A stretch of 64,000 bases of DNA from Bradymonadia bacterium (GCA_046290225.1 JBKAGE010000079.1:128001-192000); one strand, 5' to 3'. Shown: positions 31,201 to 40,805, counted from the stretch's first letter. The notes: a model not told the origin generated them from the letters alone. Translations and numbers: made by a program.

Positions 31201-32286
31201 GGTGCGTCCTGTGAAGCGATCGGTGAGCCGAAGTTGCGCCCGCCCGGGCCGCTCTCCGATGAGCCACGCCCCATCAGCGGAGACCAGACCCTCGCCGCCG
31301 TCGACATCGAAGGCGCCGCTGCCACCGAGGACGACGAGCGGGTGACGCTCACCGACGGCGATGGCCACCTCCGGCGGGGTGGCCGTGAGCACGACGTCGG
31401 CGCGGACCTCGATCTCGACGTCGACCTCCTGGCCAGTCTCCACGTCGGTGACCCGGACCACGTCGAGGCCTTCCTCCGCAGGGGCGCTGTACCGACCTTC
31501 GTCGTCGATGACACCGCCTGCCCCTGCGAAGATGACTTCGAAGCCGTACTCACCAGAGCCTTCGCTCACTTGGAAGGTGAACCGATCACGGGGCGTCACG
31601 GCGATGGCCTCCGGGGCCACCTGCATCAGCCGCACGACGTAGATCTCGGCCGATGCTTCGCCGATGCAGCCTCGATCGGTGAGGGTGACCCGATCGGTGG
31701 TGCCGAGCTGGTCTCCGGACAAATAGGCTCCGGTGACAGCGTTGAGCAATGCCCCGCTGTTGTCTTCGGCGAGACTGAAGCTCCAGTCCCCGGTACCGCC
31801 GGCGGCCCTGAAGCTCACCAGGTCGAGGGGCAGGACCGAGGCCAGGGTGGGGCTCAGGGACAGCGGAGGATCACAGGCTTCCAAGGGCGGTGGCCCTGCG
31901 TCGGGGAGGCCCTCGTCAGGAGATCCTTCATCTGGGGGCTCGACGTCGGGCAAGTCTGCGTCAGGGATGCCGTCATCGATGAGATCTGCGTCGAGACCGG
32001 CGTCCACGAGATTCGCATCGGGCTGGGCTGCGTCAGGCTGGGCCGCATCGGGCTGGCTGGCGTCAAAGAAGCCTTCATCGGGGAGGCCTTCATCAGGGAG
32101 CCCTTCGTCCGGCACTGTGGAGTCTGCAATTGCGCCCGCTGCGCCATCGCTCATCGCAGCATCAGGGCGAGGCTCGGGGGCGGTCTGATCCGCAGCGCCC
32201 TCGTCATCGCATCCCCACATCATGCCTGCGCTCAGCGTGACACACGCCATCGCCGGCAAACGGGCCTGCCACCACCTGACGATCAT
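28276..32286 (-). CDS. Large lipoprotein with FG-GAP (integrin-alpha-like) beta-propeller repeats
   Basis: Lipobox MWGC; PD-rich linker; many GDLNGDG/GDVDGDG...GA repeats. RBS GAAGGAG lies before ATG 32286. Confidence 0.85.
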   Translation of the reverse strand: MIVRWWQARLPAMACVTLSAGMMWGCDDEGAADQTAPEPRPDAAMSDGAAGAIADSTVPDEGLPDEGLPDEGFFDASQPDAAQPDAAQPDANLVDAGLDADLIDDGIPDADLPDVEPPDEGSPDEGLPDAGPPPLEACDPPLSLSPTLASVLPLDLVSFRAAGGTGDWSFSLAEDNSGALLNAVTGAYLSGDQLGTTDRVTLTDRGCIGEASAEIYVVRLMQVAPEAIAVTPRDRFTFQVSEGSGEYGFEVIFAGAGGVIDDEGRYSAPAEEGLDVVRVTDVETGQEVDVEIEVRADVVLTATPPEVAIAVGERHPLVVLGGSGAFDVDGGEGLVSADGAWLIGERPGRAQLRLTDRFTGRTAALGVTVLGAQQAELPRVGDGFLGGPIVAPGDLNGDGFDDVVVGWPEADIEAFNGGAVFVFTGGPEGPGEASQIIAGDGRTDEMGWGLAVADVTGDGEPDLVVGAHQADVNRTDNGAIYIYAGIEGGLFDETPTRVIAGPQGGGRMGRGLAVCDFNGDGRLDLAAGAFQAEDQSADPRANNQGGVYVFLGAEGGLPEDPDQAIWGTRRDGDLEAWSPAANLQLGRFLAAGDFDGDGRCDLAAHALNYRAPTSIANSDGIVALYRGVAPGPLSPGGLTSLPVRAWAPTGVFDGGSQFGRRLAFGDVDGDGREDLLASHHLANGFRPDGGNLNNNGALRVFLGTDLTDEPAPGFLPPAATADWSYAGEASNRQVGLYPNVGDANGDGRLDIISGDFLAPGPDNLTNAGRVSIFYGPEGQGLPATVADVTYTGEEVSERFGQTVAVAGNLDGDGLPDLVSQAGRTDAIGYDVGQIYFVPGADDAPRRALGVPGRAAGAQLGRGAAVIGDVDADGLPDLAAGAPQGEVSGQNGINQGAVFLYRGTADGNFERRPFRTLAQFTGHSGGDLFGWAVSPAGDFTGDGIDDFWVVAQRDDKPNDPNDDYYEPVRCEGSRNDSGAAYLFAGGEGGPSEQPAFVVFGLRNQDRLSVLSGPVDVDGDGRSDVVIGFPEGDHNGRGNSGGFMVVHGRDIANAAAGRPEVLCDPEHFLGGASDLQLGRSIVGLGDLSGDGCEEFAVGAYLSDHAGRNNEGAVYVFRGWGNVGCPESPRAFGMESGAANDQVGWALASADADGDGLTDLAVTGVNAIAETGGRGGSVWFVPGTRLRTLLTSATAQPLPSESIPAQWVPLIPEGGPGSRIRGLTNGARMGSGLFMFPGSDAQPGLLAVGSPFGAQGGVDDSGGVRIFEVGPEGVRPEPWLIFGGEPSRVDGRIGEWLHGLWNPALRSRVLIIGGYLGQGYTGVPNTSIDQGAVYSLPLP

Positions 32287-32441
32287 GCGTACTCCTTCTT
32301 GAGTCTGCCCTGTCTCGGTCTGCTGCCTTGCGGGGCCTTCCGGCCCTCGAACGTCAATGAGGTGATCCCACCAGACCACCTTCTGATTCAAGCATGCTTC
32401 TTCGATAGACGCTCACTGGCCCTCGGCGCTATCGTGCGCCC

Positions 32442-34202
32442 ATGGGCAGCACACTACATCCACGCTGGCGCTCTGTGGCCCTCTGGGCCGGACTCTCCAT
32501 CATGCTTGCAGGCTGCCTCGAAGGCTCCGACGTCGACGCTCCCCTGGCAGATGGGGGGGCCGTTGGAGGTTCAGGCGGTGATCGGGGAGACGCGATATCT
32601 GAACCCGCCGACATGTCCGTGGGGACCGATGCAGAGCCAGCGCTTGATGGCTCGATGCCCGATGGTGACTTCCCCGACGCCTCTCTCTCGGATGCAGGCG
32701 ATGCGGATGTTGGGGTCGAGCTCGACGCGGACACGCCCGACGCCGAGCCCCCTGACGAAGGCATGGATGACGGTCTTCCGGTGTATCCGGAGAGCCCCAC
32801 CGAGGTGGCAGGTGGCCCTGCCTTCGAGCCTGAGGTGGAGGCGGTCTGGCCCGCGCCCATGGAGCAGGTGTTCACGCTCCCTGAGCAGCGACTGCTGGTG
32901 CTGGACGCCGAGGGGCCGCTGGTGCTCAGCCCGACATTGGAGGCTGCCCCAGTCATCGACGGCGCCGCAGCTGCCGAGCGGCTCGGGGGTGAGGCAGATC
33001 TCGTCGACCGGATGTGGGCAGTGCTCCCGGTCTTTGGTGGGGTGCTCGTCTCCACCGACACCGGGCTCATGGCCTTGGATGGCGGTGCGCTTCAACGCTC
33101 TCCCCTGGATGCGCTGCTCCCGGGTGCGCCCGAGGCCATGACCGTCACCGAAGACGGGTCAGTCTGGATGCGCCACGACGACGTCGCGCGGCGCTGGTTC
33201 GAGGGCACTCTGGAGGCGTTGTGGCTCGAAGGTCGCCGGCTCGTGGCACGACAGATGGTGCGAGGGCCCGAGGGTGATGTCTGGGTCGCTGCGGTGGCTG
33301 ACGACGGCGCCCGCCTGCTGCGACTCTGGGTGGAAGAGCAGGGTCTCAGAGCCCTCGCTGGCCCCCCAGCCATCAATCCCGAGGCCCTCGCCGCTGACGG
33401 AGACGGCGGGCTCTGGGCGCTCTCAGGGGGAGACCTCTGGCAGAGACACCCCGACGGCAGATGGTCCTGGTGGCGACTCCCTGAGCCTGTCGAGGCTCTG
33501 TGGGGCACCGTCAGCGCGGGCGATCTGTGGGTCTCTACCGAGGACGGGCTCTGGCATCACCGGGCAGGGGTGTTCCGCCCTGTGAGCGGCGCGCCGCAGA
33601 TCAGCCCGGAGGGCAGCACCCTCGAGGCCGACGGTGCCGTCGTGTACAGCGATCCTCGTGGGCTGTGGCGGCTGCGGCCGGAGCGCCGCGTAATCATCGT
33701 AGGGTTTCCCGATGGGGGCACCCTCCAACAACCTCGACCCTTGAACATCCGCCCTGATCGACCCGATCAGGTCACCGACGTCACCTTCGAGATCACCGAG
33801 GGTGGACGCCCCGTGCTCGATGGCCCCGTCGAAGGCCCGCCCTGGGCCCTCACCCTCGATCCTGGATCTTTACCAGAGGGTGCCTTGGTGCTGGGTGTGC
33901 AGGTCGACTATGATGACGGCCAGCGGTTGAACGCTTCTCTGGAGTTCGATGTGCTCGACGTCGGCCCCCCGACCTGGGTCGATGACGTGGCGCCCATCTT
34001 CTTCGCCCGTTGTGCAGGGGCATGTCATGGGGACAGCGGTAACGCGCGCCCCCTCCACACCCCCGCCCTCTGGCAACAAGATGCCGTCGCCATCCTCGAC
34101 GCGATCCGGACTGGCCGGATGCCACTGCCACCCAACCCGCCGGTGCCTCCGGCCGAGATCACGCTGATCGAGGCCTGGATGGAGAGCGGCTTCATGGAGT
34201 GA
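32442..34202 (+). CDS. Lipoprotein with beta-propeller-like region and C-terminal cytochrome-c-like domain
   Basis: Lipobox LAGC; C-terminal PTWVDDVAPIF..RCAGACH...GRMP. Confidence 0.7.
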   Translation: MGSTLHPRWRSVALWAGLSIMLAGCLEGSDVDAPLADGGAVGGSGGDRGDAISEPADMSVGTDAEPALDGSMPDGDFPDASLSDAGDADVGVELDADTPDAEPPDEGMDDGLPVYPESPTEVAGGPAFEPEVEAVWPAPMEQVFTLPEQRLLVLDAEGPLVLSPTLEAAPVIDGAAAAERLGGEADLVDRMWAVLPVFGGVLVSTDTGLMALDGGALQRSPLDALLPGAPEAMTVTEDGSVWMRHDDVARRWFEGTLEALWLEGRRLVARQMVRGPEGDVWVAAVADDGARLLRLWVEEQGLRALAGPPAINPEALAADGDGGLWALSGGDLWQRHPDGRWSWWRLPEPVEALWGTVSAGDLWVSTEDGLWHHRAGVFRPVSGAPQISPEGSTLEADGAVVYSDPRGLWRLRPERRVIIVGFPDGGTLQQPRPLNIRPDRPDQVTDVTFEITEGGRPVLDGPVEGPPWALTLDPGSLPEGALVLGVQVDYDDGQRLNASLEFDVLDVGPPTWVDDVAPIFFARCAGACHGDSGNARPLHTPALWQQDAVAILDAIRTGRMPLPPNPPVPPAEITLIEAWMESGFME

Positions 34203-35836
34203 TGCCCATGATCTCTCGACGCGTGTCCGCCGCGCTGGGCGTACTGGCCTTCATCGGCTGTCTGGTTGCCCCTGCAGGGGCCCAGCTGGCCAACGAAGGC
34301 GAGCGCTGCGCCCCCGACGAGCCGGAGATGTCGCCCCACCGGTATCTGCGCAGCGTCAGCCTCGACGTTCGAGGGGTGGTGCCCACCTTGGAAGAGTACG
34401 CTGCACTCGACGCAGCCCTCGCCGAGATGCCCGAGGGTGAAGACCAGAAGGTCGAGGGGGTGTTGCCCTGGTTCGAGGCTCAAATCGACACCTGGATGGA
34501 CACCCCCGAGTTTACCGAGCGGGTGGTGCGGCGGCATCAGGCGCTGCTCTGGAACAACCTGTCCAACGTCAGGCTGTTCAACAACAACGTGAACATGCAG
34601 CGGGCCGGCGATCTCTACTACCGGGCCAACATCGGCCAGCGTCTCTACCGCGGCGCTCGGGTGGCCTGCCTCGACGAGCCCGCTGAGTTCGGCCCTGAAG
34701 GCGAGGTGCTCTTTCAGACCGACGAGAACGGCGTGCGCCGAGAAGGCTGGGTCTGGGTGAACCCCTATTGGGCCCCAGAGAGCCGCATCAAGGTCTGCGC
34801 CTTCGACGCACAGGCTGCAGAGACCTCTCCCACAGGCACCGACTGTGGCAGCTCGGCGGCCTACCGCGACACGGCCTGTGGTTGTGGCCCCGATCTCCAG
34901 TGGTGCCAGTACCGAGGTCAGACCAACAACGCCATCGTCGCTGGTATGGCAGAGGCCATGAAGCGGCGTATGGCCCTCGTGGCAGAGGCCAGCACCCCCT
35001 ACATCGACCTGTTCCGCACGCGCCGGACCTGGATCAACGGCCCGCTGGCCTTCTTCTATCGACATCAGCGGAAGATCACCGGGGGCCTGGCTTTTGATCC
35101 AGGGCCGCTCCCCGACTACTTGATCCCCGAGTTGGAGTTCACCGAGGCTGACACCTGGGTGGAGGTGGAGCTCCCCGCCTCTCATGCTGGCGTGCTCACC
35201 GATCCTGCCTTTTTGTTGCGGTTCCAGACCAACCGCGCCCGGGCGAACCGCTTCTACGATGCCTTCTTGTGCCAGCCCTTCACTCCGCCAGATGCGCCGC
35301 TCCCCGTGGCCGACGAAGCCGCTGCCCTGGAGCCTGATCTTCAACGGCGGGCGGGCTGCAAGTACTGCCACGCCTTGCTGGAGCCCTCCGCGGCGTACTG
35401 GGGTCGGTGGAACGAGCAGGGAGCGGGCTTCCTCGATCCTCAGGGATACCCGCAGGTCCGTGACGACTGCCTCACCTGTGCCCAGGAGGGCGGAGGGTGC
35501 TCTGCAGATTGCCGTCGGTACTACGTGACGCAGGCGCTCTCCGATGCCGAGGCGCCCTACCTGGGCACTCTGAGGGCCTATCTGTTCCGCCGTGATCCGC
35601 ACATGCGCAACGTGGAGATGGGCCCCGAGCTGCTCGCGCTCACCGCTGTGGCCGATGGCCGGATCCCCCAGTGCGCCGCCACCCGCACTGCGGAGTGGCT
35701 GCTGGGGCGCGACCTCGATGTGAAGGAGTCCACCTGGGCCGCCGAGCTCAGCGCGGACTTCGTCTACAGCGACTACAGCTATCGACAGCTCATCAAAGCG
35801 GTGCTCACCAGCTCCGTATACCGGAGGGTCCGCTGA
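34199..35836 (+). CDS. Secreted Cys-rich DUF1588/DUF1585-like protein with CxxCH
   Basis: YLRSVSLDVRG, HAGVLT, TNRARAN, CKYCH..LEP, C-terminal LIKAVLTS.VY. Confidence 0.7.
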   Translation: MMPMISRRVSAALGVLAFIGCLVAPAGAQLANEGERCAPDEPEMSPHRYLRSVSLDVRGVVPTLEEYAALDAALAEMPEGEDQKVEGVLPWFEAQIDTWMDTPEFTERVVRRHQALLWNNLSNVRLFNNNVNMQRAGDLYYRANIGQRLYRGARVACLDEPAEFGPEGEVLFQTDENGVRREGWVWVNPYWAPESRIKVCAFDAQAAETSPTGTDCGSSAAYRDTACGCGPDLQWCQYRGQTNNAIVAGMAEAMKRRMALVAEASTPYIDLFRTRRTWINGPLAFFYRHQRKITGGLAFDPGPLPDYLIPELEFTEADTWVEVELPASHAGVLTDPAFLLRFQTNRARANRFYDAFLCQPFTPPDAPLPVADEAAALEPDLQRRAGCKYCHALLEPSAAYWGRWNEQGAGFLDPQGYPQVRDDCLTCAQEGGGCSADCRRYYVTQALSDAEAPYLGTLRAYLFRRDPHMRNVEMGPELLALTAVADGRIPQCAATRTAEWLLGRDLDVKESTWAAELSADFVYSDYSYRQLIKAVLTSSVYRRVR

Positions 35837-36636
35837 TGGCGCGCATCTACAAGACGTCGATCTCCGCACTGGCGTTCGCAGGGATCTTGGGCTTGCCCGG
35901 GTGTGCCCCCAGCGGGGGAGAGCACCTTGAGCCAGCGAGCCCCGCACCTGCTCAGCCTGATCCAGGTGATGAAGCGCAGAGCCCGGGCGCCGAGGGTCCC
36001 AGCGCCCGTGGGGCAGGGCCTGGCCGCCGAGGCATCACCCCACCTGCGCCCCCTGAAGCAGAGCGGCATCAGGGCTTCGACATCGAGAGCCGGGCCGAAG
36101 GTCAGGCTGATTTGTTGCCACCGCCTGTAGAGGCCACCCGGACCATGCGACGGATGGACCTCGACCAGCTCTCTGCCTCGATCCGCCGCGTCACTGGCGG
36201 TGTGGGCTGGACCGAGCGGCGCAACAACGTCGACGTCGATCTCTTCGAGAGCCTCTCGGGCACCCTCGGCAAGGCCGACTATGTGGAGATCACCGCCGAG
36301 AGCCTCGAGCCCAGCGCGTTGTTTCAGAAGTTCCTCGCCGACGCCGCCCGGCAGGTGTGTGCTGAAGTGACCACCCTCGACGCCGACCGGCCCCGAGGCG
36401 AGCGTGTGCTCACGCCGGCCATCAGCCTCGAGGGCGACGCCGAGCCCGAGGTGGATGCCAATCTGAGGGCGCTGCTGGTGCGGTTCCACGGCCAGCACGT
36501 GCCCCCTGGGGATCCAGTCCTCGAAGAGTGGAAGTGGCTCTTCCAGTCGGTGATGCATCTCACCGACGAGCCCACCGTCGCCTGGAACGCCATCTGCGTG
36601 GGCCTCATCACCCACCCTGACTTCTACACGTACTGA
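35836..36636 (+). CDS. Lipoprotein of the DUF1501-associated cluster
   Basis: ATG overlaps the upstream stop; lipobox LPGC; C-terminal AWNAICVGLITHPDF. Confidence 0.65.
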   Translation: MARIYKTSISALAFAGILGLPGCAPSGGEHLEPASPAPAQPDPGDEAQSPGAEGPSARGAGPGRRGITPPAPPEAERHQGFDIESRAEGQADLLPPPVEATRTMRRMDLDQLSASIRRVTGGVGWTERRNNVDVDLFESLSGTLGKADYVEITAESLEPSALFQKFLADAARQVCAEVTTLDADRPRGERVLTPAISLEGDAEPEVDANLRALLVRFHGQHVPPGDPVLEEWKWLFQSVMHLTDEPTVAWNAICVGLITHPDFYTY

Positions 36637-36647
36637 GGAGCCACACG

Positions 36648-38024
36648 ATGCGTCGCACCCATCGACCTGGTCTGACCCGTCGGGGCCTCCTCCAGGGCCT
36701 CGCTGCCACCGGCGGTCTCGCAGCCTTCGGCGGCGCGGGCATCATGCCCCGCCTCGCCCACGCCCAGGCACACCCCGATGCCCAGGATCGTCATTACATC
36801 TTCTGCTACTTCGGCGGAGGCTGGGACATCCTGCTCGGCCTCGATCCCCGTGATCCGGCGGTCTTCACCAACGAGAACCTGCGCACCACGCGCATTCAGC
36901 CTGGCTACGAGCTGCTTCAGAGCAGCGAGGGGTTCCTCGTCGAGGCGCCCAACGGCATGATCTTCGGCCCGCACATCGGCGATCTCGTGCGCCACGCCGA
37001 CAAGATGTCGGTGATCCGGGGCATGAGCATGGAGACGCTCACCCACGAGGTGGGCCGTCGACGGTTCATCACCGGTAAGGCACCCAGCGGCCTTCAAGCT
37101 CGTGGCTCCTCTGCGGTGACCTGGCTTGCTGATCGACTCGGCAGCGATCAACCTGTGCCCAACCTCTCCATGCGCGTCGAGGGCTACAACAAAGGCCTCG
37201 CCGACTACGCCAGCCCGCTGCGGGTAAACAGCACCGCTGATTTGCTGCGATCGCTCACCCCCGGCGCCGGTGCCGAGCTGAGCCCCGCCGTCGATCGGCA
37301 GGTCGACGCCCTGCTGGCGAACATGGCCCAGTGCCCTGGACCTCGACGGGCCCCGGTGTGGCGTGCCGCAGAAGGGGGCCGCTTGAAGGCCCGAGAGATG
37401 GTGGGGCAGGGCCTCGACACCCTCTTCGACTTCGAGAGTGCGCAGAACCCCGACGTGGCCGCGCTCCGTGATCGGTACGGCATCATCGGCAATGGCGGCA
37501 ACGATCCCGCGCGGATGGCCGCCTTCGCCGCTCAGGCCATCATGGGTGGCGTGAGCCGGTGCGTGAGCGTGCAAATCACCAGCGGCCTCGACACTCACTT
37601 CGAGAACTGGGAGACCGATCAGGGCACCCGTCAGCAAGCGGGTTTCGACGCCATCGCCCGCCTCGTGGATCACCTCTACGAGACCGAGTATGGCAACACT
37701 GGCACGCGCTGGCTCGATCACACCATCATCGTGGGCTTCAGTGAGTTCAGTCGCACTGCGATGATCAATGATCGCGGCGGCCGGGATCACTCGCTCACCA
37801 ACGCCTGCTTCTTGATGGGGGGCCCGATCCAGAGCGGGATCATCGGCCGGTCGAGCGACATTGGCTTGGAGCCCACCGCCACCAACTTGCAGACGGGTCT
37901 CTCCGACGCTGGGGGCGAGGTCATTCGCCCCGAGCACGTGCTGCAGACCCTGTTCGAAGATGTGGGCATCGGCGCCGCCCCCGATCTGCGAGTGAGTCCG
38001 ATTCAGGCCATGCTCCGTCGCTGA
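36648..38024 (+). CDS. DUF1501 family protein with Tat signal
   Basis: TRRGLL signal, GGWD..LDP, DTH, SEFSRT, GRDH. Confidence 0.85.
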   Translation: MRRTHRPGLTRRGLLQGLAATGGLAAFGGAGIMPRLAHAQAHPDAQDRHYIFCYFGGGWDILLGLDPRDPAVFTNENLRTTRIQPGYELLQSSEGFLVEAPNGMIFGPHIGDLVRHADKMSVIRGMSMETLTHEVGRRRFITGKAPSGLQARGSSAVTWLADRLGSDQPVPNLSMRVEGYNKGLADYASPLRVNSTADLLRSLTPGAGAELSPAVDRQVDALLANMAQCPGPRRAPVWRAAEGGRLKAREMVGQGLDTLFDFESAQNPDVAALRDRYGIIGNGGNDPARMAAFAAQAIMGGVSRCVSVQITSGLDTHFENWETDQGTRQQAGFDAIARLVDHLYETEYGNTGTRWLDHTIIVGFSEFSRTAMINDRGGRDHSLTNACFLMGGPIQSGIIGRSSDIGLEPTATNLQTGLSDAGGEVIRPEHVLQTLFEDVGIGAAPDLRVSPIQAMLRR

Positions 38025-38031
38025 TTCTGCC

Positions 38032-38100
38032 CAGTGACGTCGATGCAGTGACGTCGATGCAGTGACTTCGATGCTGTGACTTCGATGCTGTGACTTCGAA
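38032..38100. repeat. 14-bp intergenic tandem repeat C(A/T)GTGAC(G/T)TCGATG, about 5 copies
   Basis: Units start at 38032, 38046, 38060, 38074 and 38088, with stepwise substitutions. Confidence 0.9.
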
Positions 38101-38125
38101 CTCAAAGTTGGGCGTGAAGAGGCGC

Positions 38126-39784
38126 TCAGTCCCAGAGGTCGGGCGTGCCCCACATCATGTCGGGAGAGAGCCGATCGGCCTCGAAAGAGACAGGTACCAA
38201 ATCCGAAACACACGCGGTGTCGAGCTCAGCCTTGGGATCAGCGAGGAACTGATCCATCAGCTGCTGGGCGCAGTGCGTGCCGCGATGCACAGGGGAGTCG
38301 TACAGCGTCTGGTGCCCTGACCAGGGCAGCGTCACGAGGTGCTGTCTCGGGCCGAGGTGCATGTCGATGACGTCGACCGCCTTGGGGGGTACCTGTGGAT
38401 CGAGGCCACCCTGCAGCGCCAGCATGGGCACACCGGATGCGGGCCACCGGACATCGGGCTGAGGGTAGCGGGGCCACTGATCGGCGAGGGCGCTCGCGGT
38501 GAGGGTGACGTCCTGGGAGAACACCGAGTCCCTCACACGCTCTGAGAGCGTCTCAGCATCGACCCCCTCTGGCCAGAGCTCGGAGAGCCCCACATGGTAG
38601 AAGAGCACTGGCGATCGACGACGGATCGTCGACGTCGGTGAGGCGTCGCTCTGAGACAAGAGCCCGTAGAGATGGGTGATGGCCGAGACATCCCCGGCGG
38701 TGCAGCGGCCCAGACGGTAGATCAGGGCCGGCACATAGGGCCAGGCATCACGGCTCGACAGCAGAGAAGCCAGCATGCGCCTGACGACACCTCGATCGAT
38801 GCCTTTCTCCACGAGAGGCATACAGCGCCCGTCTTCATGGGCCTGCAGGGTGCGTCGAGCGAGGGCCATGGGATCAGCCCCCATGTAGGATCGACACTTC
38901 TGATCTTCGGCGCAGAGGTCGAGCAGGCGATGCCCCGCTTCGTCGAACCACGCGTCGTAGGCAGAGAGATCACAGGCCCCGGGCGGGCACACTGAGTCGA
39001 GGATCACCCCATCGCTGCCCTGGGGATAGAGCTGAAGATATCGCAATGCGAGCCAAGTGCCATACGAGCTGCCGTAGATGTAGACATCCTGGCCAGGCCT
39101 GCGGGTACGCTCGATGGCCAGGGCCAGGTCGTGAGCTGCGTCGCTGGTAGAGAAGGCCGCGAGCTGGTCCCAGCGTCGGCTCTTGAGGCCGCTGATACAT
39201 GATGACCACTCGGAGAGGGTGATCATCACCCCGCCCTCACTGTCCCGGTGTTCGGCCTCAGGACAGCTGAGTCGATCAGACTGGCCCGTGCCGCGGTGGT
39301 CGACGGTGTAGATGTCGAGGTGTGGATACGTCTCGTGCATGTGGCCCATGAGCGGTTCGAGGGCTTCTGCAGAAAGCCCCGGACCTCCAGCGAGCAGCCA
39401 GAGCTGCCCCGAGCCTTCCATGCTGTTCGACGCCCGTGCCCGTTTGATGAACAGTTCAATGCGCTCGCCGCCTTGATCGGCGCGGTAGAGAGGCGCAAGG
39501 AACCTGCCGCACTCGGCCATGGGCAGGAACTGCCCGGTGTAGAGGGTGCAGGGCGCCCACTGAATGCGCAGGCCGCTCACGGGGGCCTGTCCGCCGGGGG
39601 CGTCTGCAGGGAGATCCGGGGGCAGGCCGGAGTCTGGCTCTTCATACAGAATGTGACGGTTGTCGGTCTCGGGCTCGCCCTCGAAGTCCGGTGTGGAGCC
39701 AGGCCCCGAGTCACATCCCCAGAGCGCCGAGGCGAGCACGCTGACGAGCATACAGGTCAGACTCGAGTACAACCTGTGTCGCAT
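38126..39784 (-). CDS. Alpha/beta hydrolase (TAP-like, peptidase S33) lipoprotein
   Basis: Lipobox LWGC, GGPG, DHRGTG, GSSYG nucleophile elbow, DPQ, GH. Confidence 0.85.
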   Translation of the reverse strand: MRHRLYSSLTCMLVSVLASALWGCDSGPGSTPDFEGEPETDNRHILYEEPDSGLPPDLPADAPGGQAPVSGLRIQWAPCTLYTGQFLPMAECGRFLAPLYRADQGGERIELFIKRARASNSMEGSGQLWLLAGGPGLSAEALEPLMGHMHETYPHLDIYTVDHRGTGQSDRLSCPEAEHRDSEGGVMITLSEWSSCISGLKSRRWDQLAAFSTSDAAHDLALAIERTRRPGQDVYIYGSSYGTWLALRYLQLYPQGSDGVILDSVCPPGACDLSAYDAWFDEAGHRLLDLCAEDQKCRSYMGADPMALARRTLQAHEDGRCMPLVEKGIDRGVVRRMLASLLSSRDAWPYVPALIYRLGRCTAGDVSAITHLYGLLSQSDASPTSTIRRRSPVLFYHVGLSELWPEGVDAETLSERVRDSVFSQDVTLTASALADQWPRYPQPDVRWPASGVPMLALQGGLDPQVPPKAVDVIDMHLGPRQHLVTLPWSGHQTLYDSPVHRGTHCAQQLMDQFLADPKAELDTACVSDLVPVSFEADRLSPDMMWGTPDLWD

Positions 39785-40013
39785 TCAGCGCTCCTTTACA
39801 CCGCATAACCAAGTGAACGAACTCAACTCCGAAGCCCTGAGGTGAATCAGGGCATGGGCGTGATCCCGTAAGTATGTGAACGGTTCGTCCGTCGTTCATG
39901 ACCAGCGGGGTGTCACTGCACACCCCGTTCCAGCGCCATCGAACTTGACACTTACGTGCATCACGATCACAGTGCGCAGTTTTTGTTGAGTACTCAAGAG
40001 ATCTGGGAGAGCA

Positions 40014-40805
40014 ATGGCCATCTATGCCGTCGGCGACGTGCAGGGCTGCTTCGACGCCTTGATGCGGCTGGTCAGTGCCATCGGGTTCGATCCCGCCGCC
40101 GATCAGCTCTGGCTCGCAGGTGATCTCGTCAACCGGGGCCCCGACTCGCTCTCTACGCTCCGGTGGGCTCGAGATCAGGGCGACGCCGTCGTGGCGGTCC
40201 TCGGCAACCACGATCTGCATCTGCTCGCCGCCGCGGCGGGTCTACGAGGACCAGGGGGGCTGGCTCCCATCCTCGACGCCCCTGATCGAGACCAGCTGCT
40301 CGAGTGGGTGCTGCACCGGCCGGTGATGCACCGAGCGGGGCGTTGGATCATGGTGCACGCCGGCCTGTTGCCTCAATGGAGCTGGGCTGAAGCCGAGCGC
40401 CGCGCACGGCGGGCTGAGGTGTGGTTGAGATCGGTGGGCTTCGCCGGTGGCGCTCTGGAGGACACCACTGAGAGCACGCTCGAGGATGACGTCTCCCCCG
40501 ATACGCCGGCCCATGATCTTCGGGTGATGACCCACATCCGGACGTGCACACCCGAGGGCAGGCTCGGCAGCCACAAGGGGCCACCAGAGCAGACACCTGC
40601 CGGGTATGCCCCATGGTACGCCCATCCCACTACGCGTGATGACACCTTGGGCGTGGTCTTCGGTCATTGGGCCGCCCACGGCCTCTGGGTGAGCGGTGGC
40701 CACGTCACCCTGGACACTGGCTGCGTCTGGGGTGGCTCGCTCACTGCCGTGCGCCTGGAGGATCTCGCTGTGACGCAGGTGAAGTGTGACCACGGAGGCT
40801 TCTGA
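40014..40805 (+). CDS. apaH: Symmetrical bis(5'-nucleosyl)-tetraphosphatase
   Basis: YAVGDVQGC, GDLVNRGPDS, LGNHDLHL, VHAG, FGHWAA, LDTGCVWGG. Confidence 0.92.
   Translation: MAIYAVGDVQGCFDALMRLVSAIGFDPAADQLWLAGDLVNRGPDSLSTLRWARDQGDAVVAVLGNHDLHLLAAAAGLRGPGGLAPILDAPDRDQLLEWVLHRPVMHRAGRWIMVHAGLLPQWSWAEAERRARRAEVWLRSVGFAGGALEDTTESTLEDDVSPDTPAHDLRVMTHIRTCTPEGRLGSHKGPPEQTPAGYAPWYAHPTTRDDTLGVVFGHWAAHGLWVSGGHVTLDTGCVWGGSLTAVRLEDLAVTQVKCDHGGF

Noticed and set aside
31890..32130. 15-bp-period repeats encoding PDEGL/PDAAQ
   Set aside because: An ordinary low-complexity linker, common to several lipoproteins in this window.
38032..38100. Possible CRISPR array (also 7556-7625 and 49728-49746)
   Set aside because: These are contiguous short tandem units with no spacers, and no cas genes are present.
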